DNA of 64,000 bases from NCBI GenBank assembly GCA_036554285.1, contig DATBNO010000109.1, positions 248 through 64,247 of the forward strand. Direction: 5' to 3'. Position 1 is the first letter of the stretch. Every line of letters begins with the position of its first letter. The notes under the pieces are model-generated. The model was not told where the DNA came from. It did not search any database and saw only the letters and a program-made list of their open reading frames with translations. Positions 40,703-49,605 of the stretch are shown in pieces. Both the position numbers and the translations under genes were made by a program. Source of the DNA: Gemmatimonadaceae bacterium (GTDB lineage: Bacteria > Gemmatimonadota > Gemmatimonadetes > Gemmatimonadales > Gemmatimonadaceae).

Positions 40703-40745
40703 GAATGAATAAAGGGAAGAGGGAAGCGTCCGCTGGCGCGGGCTT

Positions 40746-40767
40746 GGGGAAACGGGGAACGGGGAAC
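40746..40767. repeat. Three tandem GGGGAA(A)C units in the divergent promoter region upstream of the ctaA operon
   Basis: GGGGAAAC GGGGAAC GGGGAAC read directly. Confidence 0.6.
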
Positions 40768-40794
40768 CGCCAATGCGGACGTAGGGGCGTGGTG

Positions 40795-41163
40795 ATGGGC
40801 GTGAATCGTTCAACTACGCGCGCACATGGTCCGCGGGTTGCTTCCGCACTTCGCTACGGCGATTTTACGGTGTTTCGACTCCAAAAAACAATCCCGTTGC
40901 GTCTCAACTTATTCTGGCTTGCCGTCGTGTGCTGCGTGGTCGCGCAGATCGAGATCGTGCGCTCCGCGTTCAAGGCGCCTGCGGCGAGTGATGGAACCGT
41001 GCCCGCGCCCTCGCGCTGGACCGAGGTTTTGTGGACGGTCGTGCCGGCGATCGGCCTGGCGCTGGTTCTCGCGTTCACGTGGCGCGCCATTCACGCGCGA
41101 CAGCAAGCCGATGCGATGCGGCCCGCGACATCGAGCGCGGTGATCGTCGAGCAGCCATCGTGA
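40795..41163 (+). CDS. Hypothetical two-TM membrane protein upstream of ctaA
   Basis: Hydrophobic segments LNLFWLAVVCCVVAQI and VLWTVVPAIGLALVLAFTW. Start uncertain, no family recognised. Confidence 0.5.
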   Translation: MGVNRSTTRAHGPRVASALRYGDFTVFRLQKTIPLRLNLFWLAVVCCVVAQIEIVRSAFKAPAASDGTVPAPSRWTEVLWTVVPAIGLALVLAFTWRAIHARQQADAMRPATSSAVIVEQPS

Positions 41164-41173
41164 GGCCCATCCG

Positions 41174-42166
41174 ATGAAGGCGCTCAGACGTCTGTCGTAC
41201 GTGGCGCTGGTTGTTGCCGTCACGCAAATCGTGTTCGGCGCCATCGTTCGCATCAGCGGGTCGGGAATGGGATGCGGCAATCACTGGCCCAAGTGCTATG
41301 GGCGTTGGTTCCCGCCGCTCGACCAACCCAATCTGGTCATCGAGTGGACGCACCGGATGATCGCCGCCGCCCTGTTCGTGGCGCTGGCGACGCTGGTCGC
41401 CGCGGCGTATGTGAACCGCCGCGAGCCGATGGTGGGCGGACGCGGCGGCGTGTTGCGCGCGGCGCTGCTCGCCCTCGCGATGTGGCCGGCGCAGGCGCTC
41501 CTCGGCGCGATCACGGTGTGGTTAGGCAATGTGTGGTACGCGACCGCCGCGCATTGGCTCCTCGCGGCAACGTTGTTGGCGGCGCTGGCGGCGGCGGTGA
41601 TGCGGGCCGGTGGGTTAGGCGGCGCGTGCGCGCGCCGCGAGCGGACCTCGGCGCGGACGGCGCGCGGCGCCATCGCGGGCGCCGGGATTGCGTTGGTCAC
41701 GATCTGCCTGGGCGGCGTGACCGCCACGTTTCCGGGCGCCAACGTGGCCTGCTCGGCGTTTCCGCTCTGCGGCGTGGGGCTCGCGTCGGCCGTGGTGCCC
41801 GATGGACGCGTCATCCAGATGACGCACCGCGTGCTCGCGCTGCTGCTCACGCTGCACGTGTTCGGATTGCTGTGGGGCGTGTGGCGACGGCGCGAAGGCG
41901 TGGTGGTGCTGCGCGCAGTGGCGATTGCCGCGGCGCTCGTGGTTGCACAGATCGGCATTGCCGCCTCGATGATTGCGCTCGAGTTGCCGCCGGTCCTGCG
42001 GTCGCTGCATCAGGGCACGGGCGCGCTCATCTGGCTCACGCTGTTCTCCGCCGCCTACCTGGCGCGGATGGCATCGCGCGCCACAAACGAGGCGGCCGCG
42101 CGCGCGACGGCAGGCGACGCACCGGCGGCACGCGCGCTGTCGCCGGCTCCGGGAGCAGTGCGATGA
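41174..42166 (+). CDS. ctaA: Heme A synthase (COX15/CtaA)
   Basis: VTQIVFGAIVRISGSGMGCGNHWPKCYG...EWTHRMIAA shows the conserved Cys pair and His ligands. 8 TM. Confidence 0.9.
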   Translation: MKALRRLSYVALVVAVTQIVFGAIVRISGSGMGCGNHWPKCYGRWFPPLDQPNLVIEWTHRMIAAALFVALATLVAAAYVNRREPMVGGRGGVLRAALLALAMWPAQALLGAITVWLGNVWYATAAHWLLAATLLAALAAAVMRAGGLGGACARRERTSARTARGAIAGAGIALVTICLGGVTATFPGANVACSAFPLCGVGLASAVVPDGRVIQMTHRVLALLLTLHVFGLLWGVWRRREGVVVLRAVAIAAALVVAQIGIAASMIALELPPVLRSLHQGTGALIWLTLFSAAYLARMASRATNEAAARATAGDAPAARALSPAPGAVR

Positions 42167-43056
42167 CGGGCGCGGTGGTGGCCAAGGAGGGGACGACGTC
42201 CCTGGCGCACGACCTGGTGATGCTCACCAAGCCGCGCATCATCTCGCTCCTCCTGGTGACGACGATCGCCCCGATGTACGTGGCCGGATCGCCGAGCCTG
42301 CTGCTCGTGGCGGCGGTTGCGTTAGGCGGATACTTGATGGCCGGCGGCGCGAACGCGGTCAACATGTACCTCGACCGCGACATCGACGACCGCATGGCGC
42401 GCACGCGGCTGCGTCCCCTGCCCAGCGGGCGCATGGACCCGCGCGCCGTGTTGGCCTACGGACTGGCGTTGGCCACGGCGGCCACCGCGCTGTTCGCCTT
42501 CACGGTGAACGTGTTGAGTGCCGCGCTCGCGCTGGCTGGGTTCTACTTCTACGTGTTCGTCTACACGCGGTGGCTCAAGCGTCGCACGCCGCAGAACATC
42601 GTGATCGGCGGCGCGGCGGGCGCCTTCCCTCCTCTGGTGGGTTGGGCGGCCGTCACCGGACGCGTGGATCTCGTCGCCGTGTATCTGTTCCTCATTGTGT
42701 TCTATTGGACGCCGCCGCATTTCTGGGCGTTGGCGCTTCTCAAGCAGCACGACTACGGGCGCGCCGGCGTGCCGATGGCGCCGCTTGTGTGGGGCGAGCG
42801 CGAGACCATGCGGCAGATGTTCTGGTACACGCTCATTCTCCTCCCGATCACGCTGCTGCCGGCGGCGTTCGGCGCATTCGGGATCATCTACGCCGTGTCG
42901 GCCAGTGCGTTAGGCGCGCTCCTGCTCGCGGGCGTGGTGCGCGTGATGCGCGCCAAGCCCTGGGCGAAGGCGGCATGGAGCGTCTACAAGTATTCGCTGC
43001 TGTATCTCGCGCTGCTGTTCGTCGCGATGGCGGTGGATCGCGCCGTGGCGCGGTGA
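42163..43056 (+). CDS. ctaB: Protoheme IX farnesyltransferase (heme O synthase)
   Basis: UbiA motif NAVNMYLDRDIDDRMARTRLRPLPSG. ATGA overlap with ctaA. Confidence 0.93.
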   Translation: MTGAVVAKEGTTSLAHDLVMLTKPRIISLLLVTTIAPMYVAGSPSLLLVAAVALGGYLMAGGANAVNMYLDRDIDDRMARTRLRPLPSGRMDPRAVLAYGLALATAATALFAFTVNVLSAALALAGFYFYVFVYTRWLKRRTPQNIVIGGAAGAFPPLVGWAAVTGRVDLVAVYLFLIVFYWTPPHFWALALLKQHDYGRAGVPMAPLVWGERETMRQMFWYTLILLPITLLPAAFGAFGIIYAVSASALGALLLAGVVRVMRAKPWAKAAWSVYKYSLLYLALLFVAMAVDRAVAR

Positions 43057-43340
43057 TGGCCGGCACTGAACTCCCCGATGCGCCCGGTCCCGACGAACTC
43101 GGTGTCCTCGTGGCCGCGGGCGACGGCGAGTCGGAGCGTCTGGTGATGCTCGGCAAGCCGGTGCGGGGTCGCGTCCACCTCCGCGAGTGGTCGGCGCACA
43201 ATTGGTCCGGGCCGCCCGAGGAACGCGACGCGCCCGTGGCCGACGTGCTGGCGCTGTTTCAGCGCGCCTACGACGCCCGGCGCCGGATGAGCGCGGGACT
43301 GGCGCAGATCCGCGCATGGCTCGACGGCCGTCCGGTTTGA
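43056..43340 (+). CDS. Hypothetical small protein
   Basis: 94-codon ORF whose ATG shares 1 nt with the ctaB stop (TGATG). Codon pattern is plausible, no family recognised. Confidence 0.45.
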   Translation: MAGTELPDAPGPDELGVLVAAGDGESERLVMLGKPVRGRVHLREWSAHNWSGPPEERDAPVADVLALFQRAYDARRRMSAGLAQIRAWLDGRPV

Positions 43341-45139
43341 CTAACGCGGGCGCCGCGGGCGCGACCGCGGAGCCGGTCACACGCAAGATTCCATCGCCGA
43401 GCGCCCTGCGTCCGCTGCTCTCGCGCATGCGGCCCTACCGCGTGCAGATCGCACTGGCGGCGGTCGCGCTCTTGGTGAGCGCGGGCATCACGCTCGCCTT
43501 TCCGCTCGTCGTGCGATATCTGCTCGACGCGGCATTCGTGCGCGCGAACGCGCCGGCGCTCAATCGCATCGCGCTCATCCTCGCCGGATTGTTCGCGGCG
43601 CAAGGACTGCTCAACTTCGGCCAGGTGTGGGTGCTCACCGCCGCGGCCGAGCGCATCGTGGCCAAGCTGCGCGACGATTTGTTCGCGCACCTGATCCGGC
43701 TCTCGCCGGGCTTTTTCACCGAGCGCCGGTCGGGCGAGCTGACGAGCCGCCTCGCGACCGACGTCACGCTGCTGCAATCGGTGATGACGTATCAGGCCAC
43801 CGAGCTGTCGCGCCAGGTGCTGTTTCTGTTAGGCGGCGTGGTCATGCTGACGCTCACGCACCCGCAGCTCACGATCACGACGCTGGCCGTGGTGCCGGTG
43901 ATCGTCGGCACGGCGTGGCTCTTCGGCCGCGCGCTCAAGAAGGCGAGCACCGGCGTGCAGGATCGCGTCGCCGACGCGATGGGCAGCGCCGACGAAGCGT
44001 TCGCGCAGATCCGCACGGTGCAGAGCTTCACGCGCGAGGTGGTCGAAGCGCGCCGATTCAGCACGCAGCTCCGCGATGTGGTGATCGCCGCCGTGCGGCG
44101 GGCCAAAATTCGCGGGGCGTTCTTCGGCGTGATCACGTTCTGCGCGTTCGGCGGCGTCGTGATCGTGCTGTGGCAAGGCGGCCGCCTCGTCCTGGCGCGC
44201 GAGCTCACGCCTGGCGCGTTAGTCGAGTTCCTGTTCTACGCGTTCTTCGTCGCGGCCGCCGTGGGCTCGCTCGCATCGCTGTTCGGCAACTACCAAGAAG
44301 CGGTTGGCGCCGCGCATCGCGTGTTCGAGCTCCTGGCCACGACGCCGACGGTGGTGGATCCCGTCACGCCCGTGGCGCTGCCGCGACCGGTGCGCGGCGA
44401 CGTGCGATTCGAGCACGTCACGTTCGCCTACGGCCCGGAGCTGCCCACCGTACTCCACGACGTGACCTTCCACATCGCACCCGGCGAGGTAGTGGCGCTG
44501 GTGGGCCCATCGGGCGCGGGCAAGACGACGGTGGCCTCGCTCATCACGCGCTTCTGGGACGTGCCTAACGGAACGGTGACGCTCGACGGCATCGACGTCC
44601 GGCGCCTGTCGCTGCTCGACCTGCGCGGCGCGGTCGGCCTCGTCCCGCAGGATCCGGCGCTCTTCAGCGGCACCGTGCGCGACAACATCGCGTACGCGCG
44701 CCCCGATGCATCGGATGACGATGTAATCGCCGCCGCACGCGCCGCGCACGCGTGGGAGTTCATCGAGCGCCTCCCCGACCGCCTCGAGACGCGCGTCGGC
44801 GAGCGCGGCGTGAAGCTCTCGGGCGGCCAACGCCAACGCATCGCGATCGCGCGCGTGTTTCTCAAGGATCCGGCGGTGGTCGTGCTCGACGAAGCAACAT
44901 CGAGCCTCGACAGCGAGAGCGAGCGCCTCGTGAACAGCGCCATGGAGCACCTGTTGACGGGCCGCTCGACGCTCATCATCGCGCACCGTCTGTCCACGGT
45001 GCGCCGGGCCGACCGTCTGCTGGTGCTCGACGGGGGCCGGATCGTGGAGGAGGGCTCGCACGCCGAGCTGCTGGCGGGACAGGGCGTGTACGCGCGGCTC
45101 TACCGCGTGCAGTACCCCGAAGAGGCGGCGGCCACCTGA
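43316..45139 (+). CDS. ABC exporter, fused permease/ATPase (MsbA/ABCB-like)
   Basis: Six-TM domain, Walker A GPSGAGKTT, signature LSGGQRQRIAIAR, Walker B VVVLDEATS. Start is ATG 43316, or TTG 43337 overlapping the upstream stop. Confidence 0.92.
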   Translation: MARRPSGLTNAGAAGATAEPVTRKIPSPSALRPLLSRMRPYRVQIALAAVALLVSAGITLAFPLVVRYLLDAAFVRANAPALNRIALILAGLFAAQGLLNFGQVWVLTAAAERIVAKLRDDLFAHLIRLSPGFFTERRSGELTSRLATDVTLLQSVMTYQATELSRQVLFLLGGVVMLTLTHPQLTITTLAVVPVIVGTAWLFGRALKKASTGVQDRVADAMGSADEAFAQIRTVQSFTREVVEARRFSTQLRDVVIAAVRRAKIRGAFFGVITFCAFGGVVIVLWQGGRLVLARELTPGALVEFLFYAFFVAAAVGSLASLFGNYQEAVGAAHRVFELLATTPTVVDPVTPVALPRPVRGDVRFEHVTFAYGPELPTVLHDVTFHIAPGEVVALVGPSGAGKTTVASLITRFWDVPNGTVTLDGIDVRRLSLLDLRGAVGLVPQDPALFSGTVRDNIAYARPDASDDDVIAAARAAHAWEFIERLPDRLETRVGERGVKLSGGQRQRIAIARVFLKDPAVVVLDEATSSLDSESERLVNSAMEHLLTGRSTLIIAHRLSTVRRADRLLVLDGGRIVEEGSHAELLAGQGVYARLYRVQYPEEAAAT

Positions 45140-45166
45140 CCGCCCGGTCCGCCTAACGGACTCGGA

Positions 45167-45952
45167 TCAGGGCGCCGGCGTGAACACCACGCTCGCCGAC
45201 GCGGCGCGTTTTGCCGCCACGTGGATGGTGGTGTCCCTTTCGCCTAACGCAGGCTGCCACACGGCCAGCCGGTAGTCGCCCGGCGGCACCGAATCGATCC
45301 GGAAGCTGCCGTCGCGGCCCGTCACGGTGAAATACGGATGGTCGAACACCCGGATCCACGCGCGCGTGACCGGGTGCACGTCGCATCGCACGGTCACGAG
45401 TCCGGGGTGCGCGAGCACCGCCGCCGTCGGAACCACCTGGCCCGCGTCGCTCTGGTCGACGACGTCGACGGTCGCGCCGCCGGCGACGAACCGCGTCTTG
45501 TGCGTGATCGGATCCAGGCTCTGGACGTCGAGCATCCCGCCGGCAATCGCCGCCTGCGTCATCGGCCGCGCTGCGCAATGTCGCGTGGTGAGCTCGTAGC
45601 GTCGCAGCAACGGCAGCGGCTTCCCGGCGCGAATCCCCTCGAGCCACACCACGGCGCCGGCGATGCGATCGCCGCTGCCCTCGACCAACGTCACGCGGCG
45701 CGACGACCGGCACCACCCGGTGTCTGCGACGTCGGTCATCACCGAGTCCCGTCGGACGTGCCCATGCACGGTCACGCGACCGGTGACCTGGCCGCCATCC
45801 GTGACCGACACCACGCGGTACGCCGAATCATCGCGCGACGACGGCGTGACGGCGGCTTGCGCCTCTCGCGGAGAGTCCGACGCGCGCTGGCCAGCGGCGT
45901 CGCACCCCGCGATCGCGCACGCGCCGAGGAGCAGCGCCAGCACCCGCATCAC
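45167..45952 (-). CDS. Hypothetical lipoprotein (beta-rich, carboxypeptidase-regulatory/cupredoxin-like C-terminus)
   Basis: Lipobox MMRVLALLLGACAIAGC. The C-terminal FTVTGRDGSFRIDSVPPGDYRLAVW motif is typical of CarboxypepD_reg-like folds. Confidence 0.7.
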   Translation of the reverse strand: MMRVLALLLGACAIAGCDAAGQRASDSPREAQAAVTPSSRDDSAYRVVSVTDGGQVTGRVTVHGHVRRDSVMTDVADTGWCRSSRRVTLVEGSGDRIAGAVVWLEGIRAGKPLPLLRRYELTTRHCAARPMTQAAIAGGMLDVQSLDPITHKTRFVAGGATVDVVDQSDAGQVVPTAAVLAHPGLVTVRCDVHPVTRAWIRVFDHPYFTVTGRDGSFRIDSVPPGDYRLAVWQPALGERDTTIHVAAKRAASASVVFTPAP

Positions 45953-47298
45953 TTTCGCCTCCGCACGACGAGAAACACCACGACGCCCACGGCCAGGATC
46001 GCGGTGCCGAGCAGCGACATTCGCAGCGACTTGTAGAACGAGCTGACGATGCCGGCGATCGCGGCGAGCACGAAAAACGCGGGGACGACAGGATACCCCA
46101 ACGCGCGATACGGCCGCGTTGCGTTAGGCATGGAGCGGCGCAGCGCGAACACGCTGGCGGCGCCGAGTCCGAAGAAGATCCAGTCGGCGAACACCACGCC
46201 GCTCAAGAGCGTGCCGAGGTTGCCGCCGCTCAGCACGAGCAGCGCGATCGACCAGACGGCCATCACGATGATCGCCACGTGCGGCGAGCCGAATCTCGGA
46301 TGCACACGCGCCGCCGCGTCGATGAACAACCCATCACGAGCCATGGCGTACACGATGCGGGAATTGGCGAGAATGGTGACGTTCACGAAGCCAAAAATCG
46401 AGACCATCGCGGCCAGCGCGATGAAGGTCGCACCGGAGGCGCCGAACATGCGCGTCGCGGTGTCGGCGGCGACGGCGGTCGATGCGGCGAGGCCATCGCG
46501 GCCGAGCGCCCGCAAGTACGCGGCGTTGGCACCCAGATAACAGACGACGACGATGGCGATCCCGATAGCGAGCGCGCGCGGGATGTTGCGACCCGGGTCG
46601 CGAATCTCGCCGGCCACCATGTTCATCTGCTGCCAGCCGCCGATCGTGAACAACACGGGCACGAACGCCGCGCCGAGGCCGGCCACGATCGTGGCGCGCG
46701 GCACCGGCGGGTGCGCGACGGGCGGCGGCGATCCCAGCCGCCCCCACAAAATCGCGCCGCCGAGAATGAGGATGCCCAACGCGATGATCTTGGCGACGGT
46801 CATGACGTTCTGCACCACGGCGCCGGGTTTGACGCCGAGGTAATTCACCACGGCGAGGGCAGCGATCGTGATGCCGGCCACGCCTAACTCACCGCCCACG
46901 GGGGCGAGCGACACGAAATGCGCAACGTAGCCGGCGAATCCCACGGCAACGGCGGCGATCGCGCCCGACGCGATGAGCAAGAGCGACATCCACCCGTAGA
47001 GAAACGCCGGCAGGGCGCCGAACGCTTCGCGGATGTACACGTACGCGCCGCCGGCGTCCGGCATCAGCGCGCCCAACTCGGCGTACGTGAGCGCGCCGGC
47101 AAACGCCACCACTCCGCCTAACGCCCACACCAGCAGCACCCATCCCGCCGTGGGCAGCTCCTTGGCCGTCTCCGACGGCGTGAAGAAGATGCCGCTGCCG
47201 ATGATCCCGCCCACCACGAGCATCGCCGCCGAGAAGATGCCGAGCTCCCGGCGCAGCCCCGATGGGGCGCTCTCTCGGAGCTCGGGGACCGCGCTCAG
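45949..47298 (-). CDS. APC superfamily amino-acid permease (third paralogue); start probably non-canonical
   Basis: LRRELGIFSAAMLVVGGIIGSGIFFTP is the APC TM1 motif. The nearest canonical start downstream (ATG 47223) would delete half of TM1. The nearest upstream one (47673) overlaps about 380 nt of the M24 gene. A CTG at 47298 overlaps the M24 stop as CTGA. Confidence 0.8.
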   Translation of the reverse strand: MSAVPELRESAPSGLRRELGIFSAAMLVVGGIIGSGIFFTPSETAKELPTAGWVLLVWALGGVVAFAGALTYAELGALMPDAGGAYVYIREAFGALPAFLYGWMSLLLIASGAIAAVAVGFAGYVAHFVSLAPVGGELGVAGITIAALAVVNYLGVKPGAVVQNVMTVAKIIALGILILGGAILWGRLGSPPPVAHPPVPRATIVAGLGAAFVPVLFTIGGWQQMNMVAGEIRDPGRNIPRALAIGIAIVVVCYLGANAAYLRALGRDGLAASTAVAADTATRMFGASGATFIALAAMVSIFGFVNVTILANSRIVYAMARDGLFIDAAARVHPRFGSPHVAIIVMAVWSIALLVLSGGNLGTLLSGVVFADWIFFGLGAASVFALRRSMPNATRPYRALGYPVVPAFFVLAAIAGIVSSFYKSLRMSLLGTAILAVGVVVFLVVRRRK

Positions 47299-48473
47299 AC
47301 GACGATCAGGTCGCGCTGATACTCGCGCGGCGTGATGGTGACCGCGGTCTCGCCCACGTGCGCGTTCACTTCGCTGCGCACGCCGATCTCCCCTGCGATG
47401 TAGATGCCCGGCTCGATCGAAAACGCCACACCCGGAATGAGCCGCCGCTCTTCGCGCGTCTCGAAGTTGTCGATGTGCGGTCCCGATCCGTGCAGCTGGA
47501 TCGAGTCGATCGAATGGCCCGTGCGGTGCGTGAAGTATTGGCCGAAGCCGCGCGACACGATCACGGCGCGCGCCGCATCGTCGACGTCGGCGCCGCGGAT
47601 CGGCGCGCCGCCCAACGCGCGCTCGCGAACCACGGTGATCGCGGCGTCGCGGGCGTCGCGCACCGCTTCCCACACCGTCACGGCCCGCGGACTCGGCGCC
47701 CCGATCGACCCCATCCAGGTTTGGTCGGCGAAGATGCCGCCCTTCTCTTTCGCCCAGAGATCGACGAGCAGCAGCGCGCCGGACACGATCTTGCGCGGCC
47801 GGCTGGCCGACGGCGCGTAATGCGGATCAGCTGCGTTAGGCCCGGCGGCGACGATGGCCGGATGGTCGAAGTCGAGGTTCGCGCGCTCGAACCGCTCGAC
47901 GATCCACCGCTGAAGCTCGTGCTCCATGATCGGCGTCCCGGCGGCCGCGCGCGCGCCGGCTTCGGCAATCGCCTCGCGCCCAACGGCGGCGACGATCTCC
48001 GCCGCGCGCAGGTGCGACGCCAACTGGTCGGCCGTCCATAACGCGTAGAATTGCGTGACCAGCTCCGCCGATGGAACCACGTCGGCGCCTGCCGCGCGCA
48101 CCAGCTCGAGGACTCCGGCCGGCACGCGGTCCACGTAGGGCACCGCGTCGCCCGGCGAATACTCCATCGCGATGCGCTTGCCGCGCACGAGCGACGCCAC
48201 CGCATCCTCGAGCGACCGCCACGTGCTGTACTTCTCGCGTCCCCACTCGGCGGGCCAATCGCGCCACGGGCCCTGCTCGATCGCATGTGTGATCGCCACC
48301 GGCTTCCCCTGCCGCGGGATGAACGCGAACACGCGGCGCGTCACCATCCCCTTGAGTCCGAGCACACCGCCTGCGACCGGGTTCGTTCCCTGGAAGTCGA
48401 ACAGGAGCCAGCCGTCGATCCCGGCTTCAGTCAATGCGCGCTGCACGCTGGGCAGCGTCTCCTTCGTCAACAT
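47295..48473 (-). CDS. M24 family Xaa-Pro dipeptidase/aminopeptidase
   Basis: FTHRTGHSID...AFSIEPGIYI...VRSEVN metal-ligand pattern with an N-terminal creatinase-like domain. Confidence 0.92.
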   Translation of the reverse strand: MLTKETLPSVQRALTEAGIDGWLLFDFQGTNPVAGGVLGLKGMVTRRVFAFIPRQGKPVAITHAIEQGPWRDWPAEWGREKYSTWRSLEDAVASLVRGKRIAMEYSPGDAVPYVDRVPAGVLELVRAAGADVVPSAELVTQFYALWTADQLASHLRAAEIVAAVGREAIAEAGARAAAGTPIMEHELQRWIVERFERANLDFDHPAIVAAGPNAADPHYAPSASRPRKIVSGALLLVDLWAKEKGGIFADQTWMGSIGAPSPRAVTVWEAVRDARDAAITVVRERALGGAPIRGADVDDAARAVIVSRGFGQYFTHRTGHSIDSIQLHGSGPHIDNFETREERRLIPGVAFSIEPGIYIAGEIGVRSEVNAHVGETAVTITPREYQRDLIVV

Positions 48474-48504
48474 GGTCGCGCCGGTTGAAAGTTAGGCGAA
48501 GGCG

Positions 48505-49158
48505 TCACGCCGCTCCCGCGTTGTCCGCTGTTTCGTCCCGATGGATGGACCGCCACTCGGCGCGCCATTCGCACGTGCCCTCCCCGCGAGCGGCGCACCG
48601 CACGTGATCGACCGATCCGCCGCTCGCACCGAGCAACCGGAGCAGCTCCCGAAAGAACGACTCGTAGTACGCGCACCCGACACCGCGCGGCGACACGTCG
48701 ACCGTGGCCGACCGCGGCACCTCGAGAATCAGGAACGACCCGTGGCGCCGCACCGAGCCGTTGAGATACTTGCCGGCGATGCGCTGGGTTTGACGGAGCG
48801 CGATCGGACGCGCGAGCAACGATGGCAGCGATGCGATCAGTCCGCGCGACGCCGATGGAATCGACTGATAGGTCTGTGCCGCGAGATACCGGCCCGCGGC
48901 ACGGAACACCGCTTCGGCGTCGGGCCGTCGGCCGAGCAGCTTCGCGATGCCGACAGTTTCTTCGTACTCGGTTCGTTGATGCTTCTTCGCCGCGTCCGTG
49001 AAGCGCTGAATCTGCGCATAGACGGTATCGCTCAACCCGAGGCGTTTGTTCCGCAATTCGGGGACGAGCTCCGCGTCGAGGTCGTCGTCGGGGCTGTCCA
49101 CGCTGCGAACCGCCTCGAGAAAACTCAGCGGGAGAAGCGCGTCGACCGTTGTATGCAT
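48505..49158 (-). CDS. Hypothetical protein, possible V4R-like (Cys-containing small-molecule-binding) C-terminal domain
   Basis: Start MHTTVDALLPLSF at 49158. The C-terminus GCAYYESFFRELLRLL...VRCAARGEGTCEW resembles V4R domains; this assignment is tentative. Confidence 0.6.
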   Translation of the reverse strand: MHTTVDALLPLSFLEAVRSVDSPDDDLDAELVPELRNKRLGLSDTVYAQIQRFTDAAKKHQRTEYEETVGIAKLLGRRPDAEAVFRAAGRYLAAQTYQSIPSASRGLIASLPSLLARPIALRQTQRIAGKYLNGSVRRHGSFLILEVPRSATVDVSPRGVGCAYYESFFRELLRLLGASGGSVDHVRCAARGEGTCEWRAEWRSIHRDETADNAGAA

Positions 49159-49323
49159 TGAATGAGGCAGGAACGCTGAATGGCAGCACCCAAGGTAACG
49201 GGCGTGAGAGGGGGGTTCAAGATTTTTGGGAACCGATCGCACCACCCAATGCTTCAACATCGGAACGATCGCCGAGCCGTGAGGGCTCACTAACCGGGGC
49301 CTGGGTCTACAATCGAGAGCGGA

Positions 49324-49605
49324 ATGAACACCACTCCACACCCGGACGACAGGTCCTCAATGACGTGCACCGAGGTACTCCAACGAATCTACGAGTATCT
49401 CGACGGCGAGCTCACTCCGGAAATCGAGCTCAAAATTCGCGATCACTTGGCGTGTTGCCAACGGTGCTTTCCGCACTTCCGCCATGAGCAAGTTTTCTTG
49501 CGATTCCTGGAACGGCGAGCCACGATCGTCAATGCCCCTCCGGCACTGCGCCGCCGCATCATGCAAATGTTGATCGACGAGGAAGCCTCGCGCCCGTTGG
49601 AGTGA
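49324..49605 (+). CDS. Zinc-binding anti-sigma factor (ZAS / RsrA-like)
   Basis: CTEVLQRIYEYLDGEL...DHLACCQRC contains the HxxxCxxC ZAS motif. An alternative Met start lies at 49360. No sigma-factor gene is adjacent. Confidence 0.8.
   Translation: MNTTPHPDDRSSMTCTEVLQRIYEYLDGELTPEIELKIRDHLACCQRCFPHFRHEQVFLRFLERRATIVNAPPALRRRIMQMLIDEEASRPLE

Noticed and set aside
49228-49266. Two GGAAC boxes upstream of the ZAS anti-sigma gene, considered as ECF-type -35 elements.
   Set aside because: Neither has a CGT(C/T)-type -10 at the required 16-17 nt spacing. The only CGT follows the second box by 11 nt.
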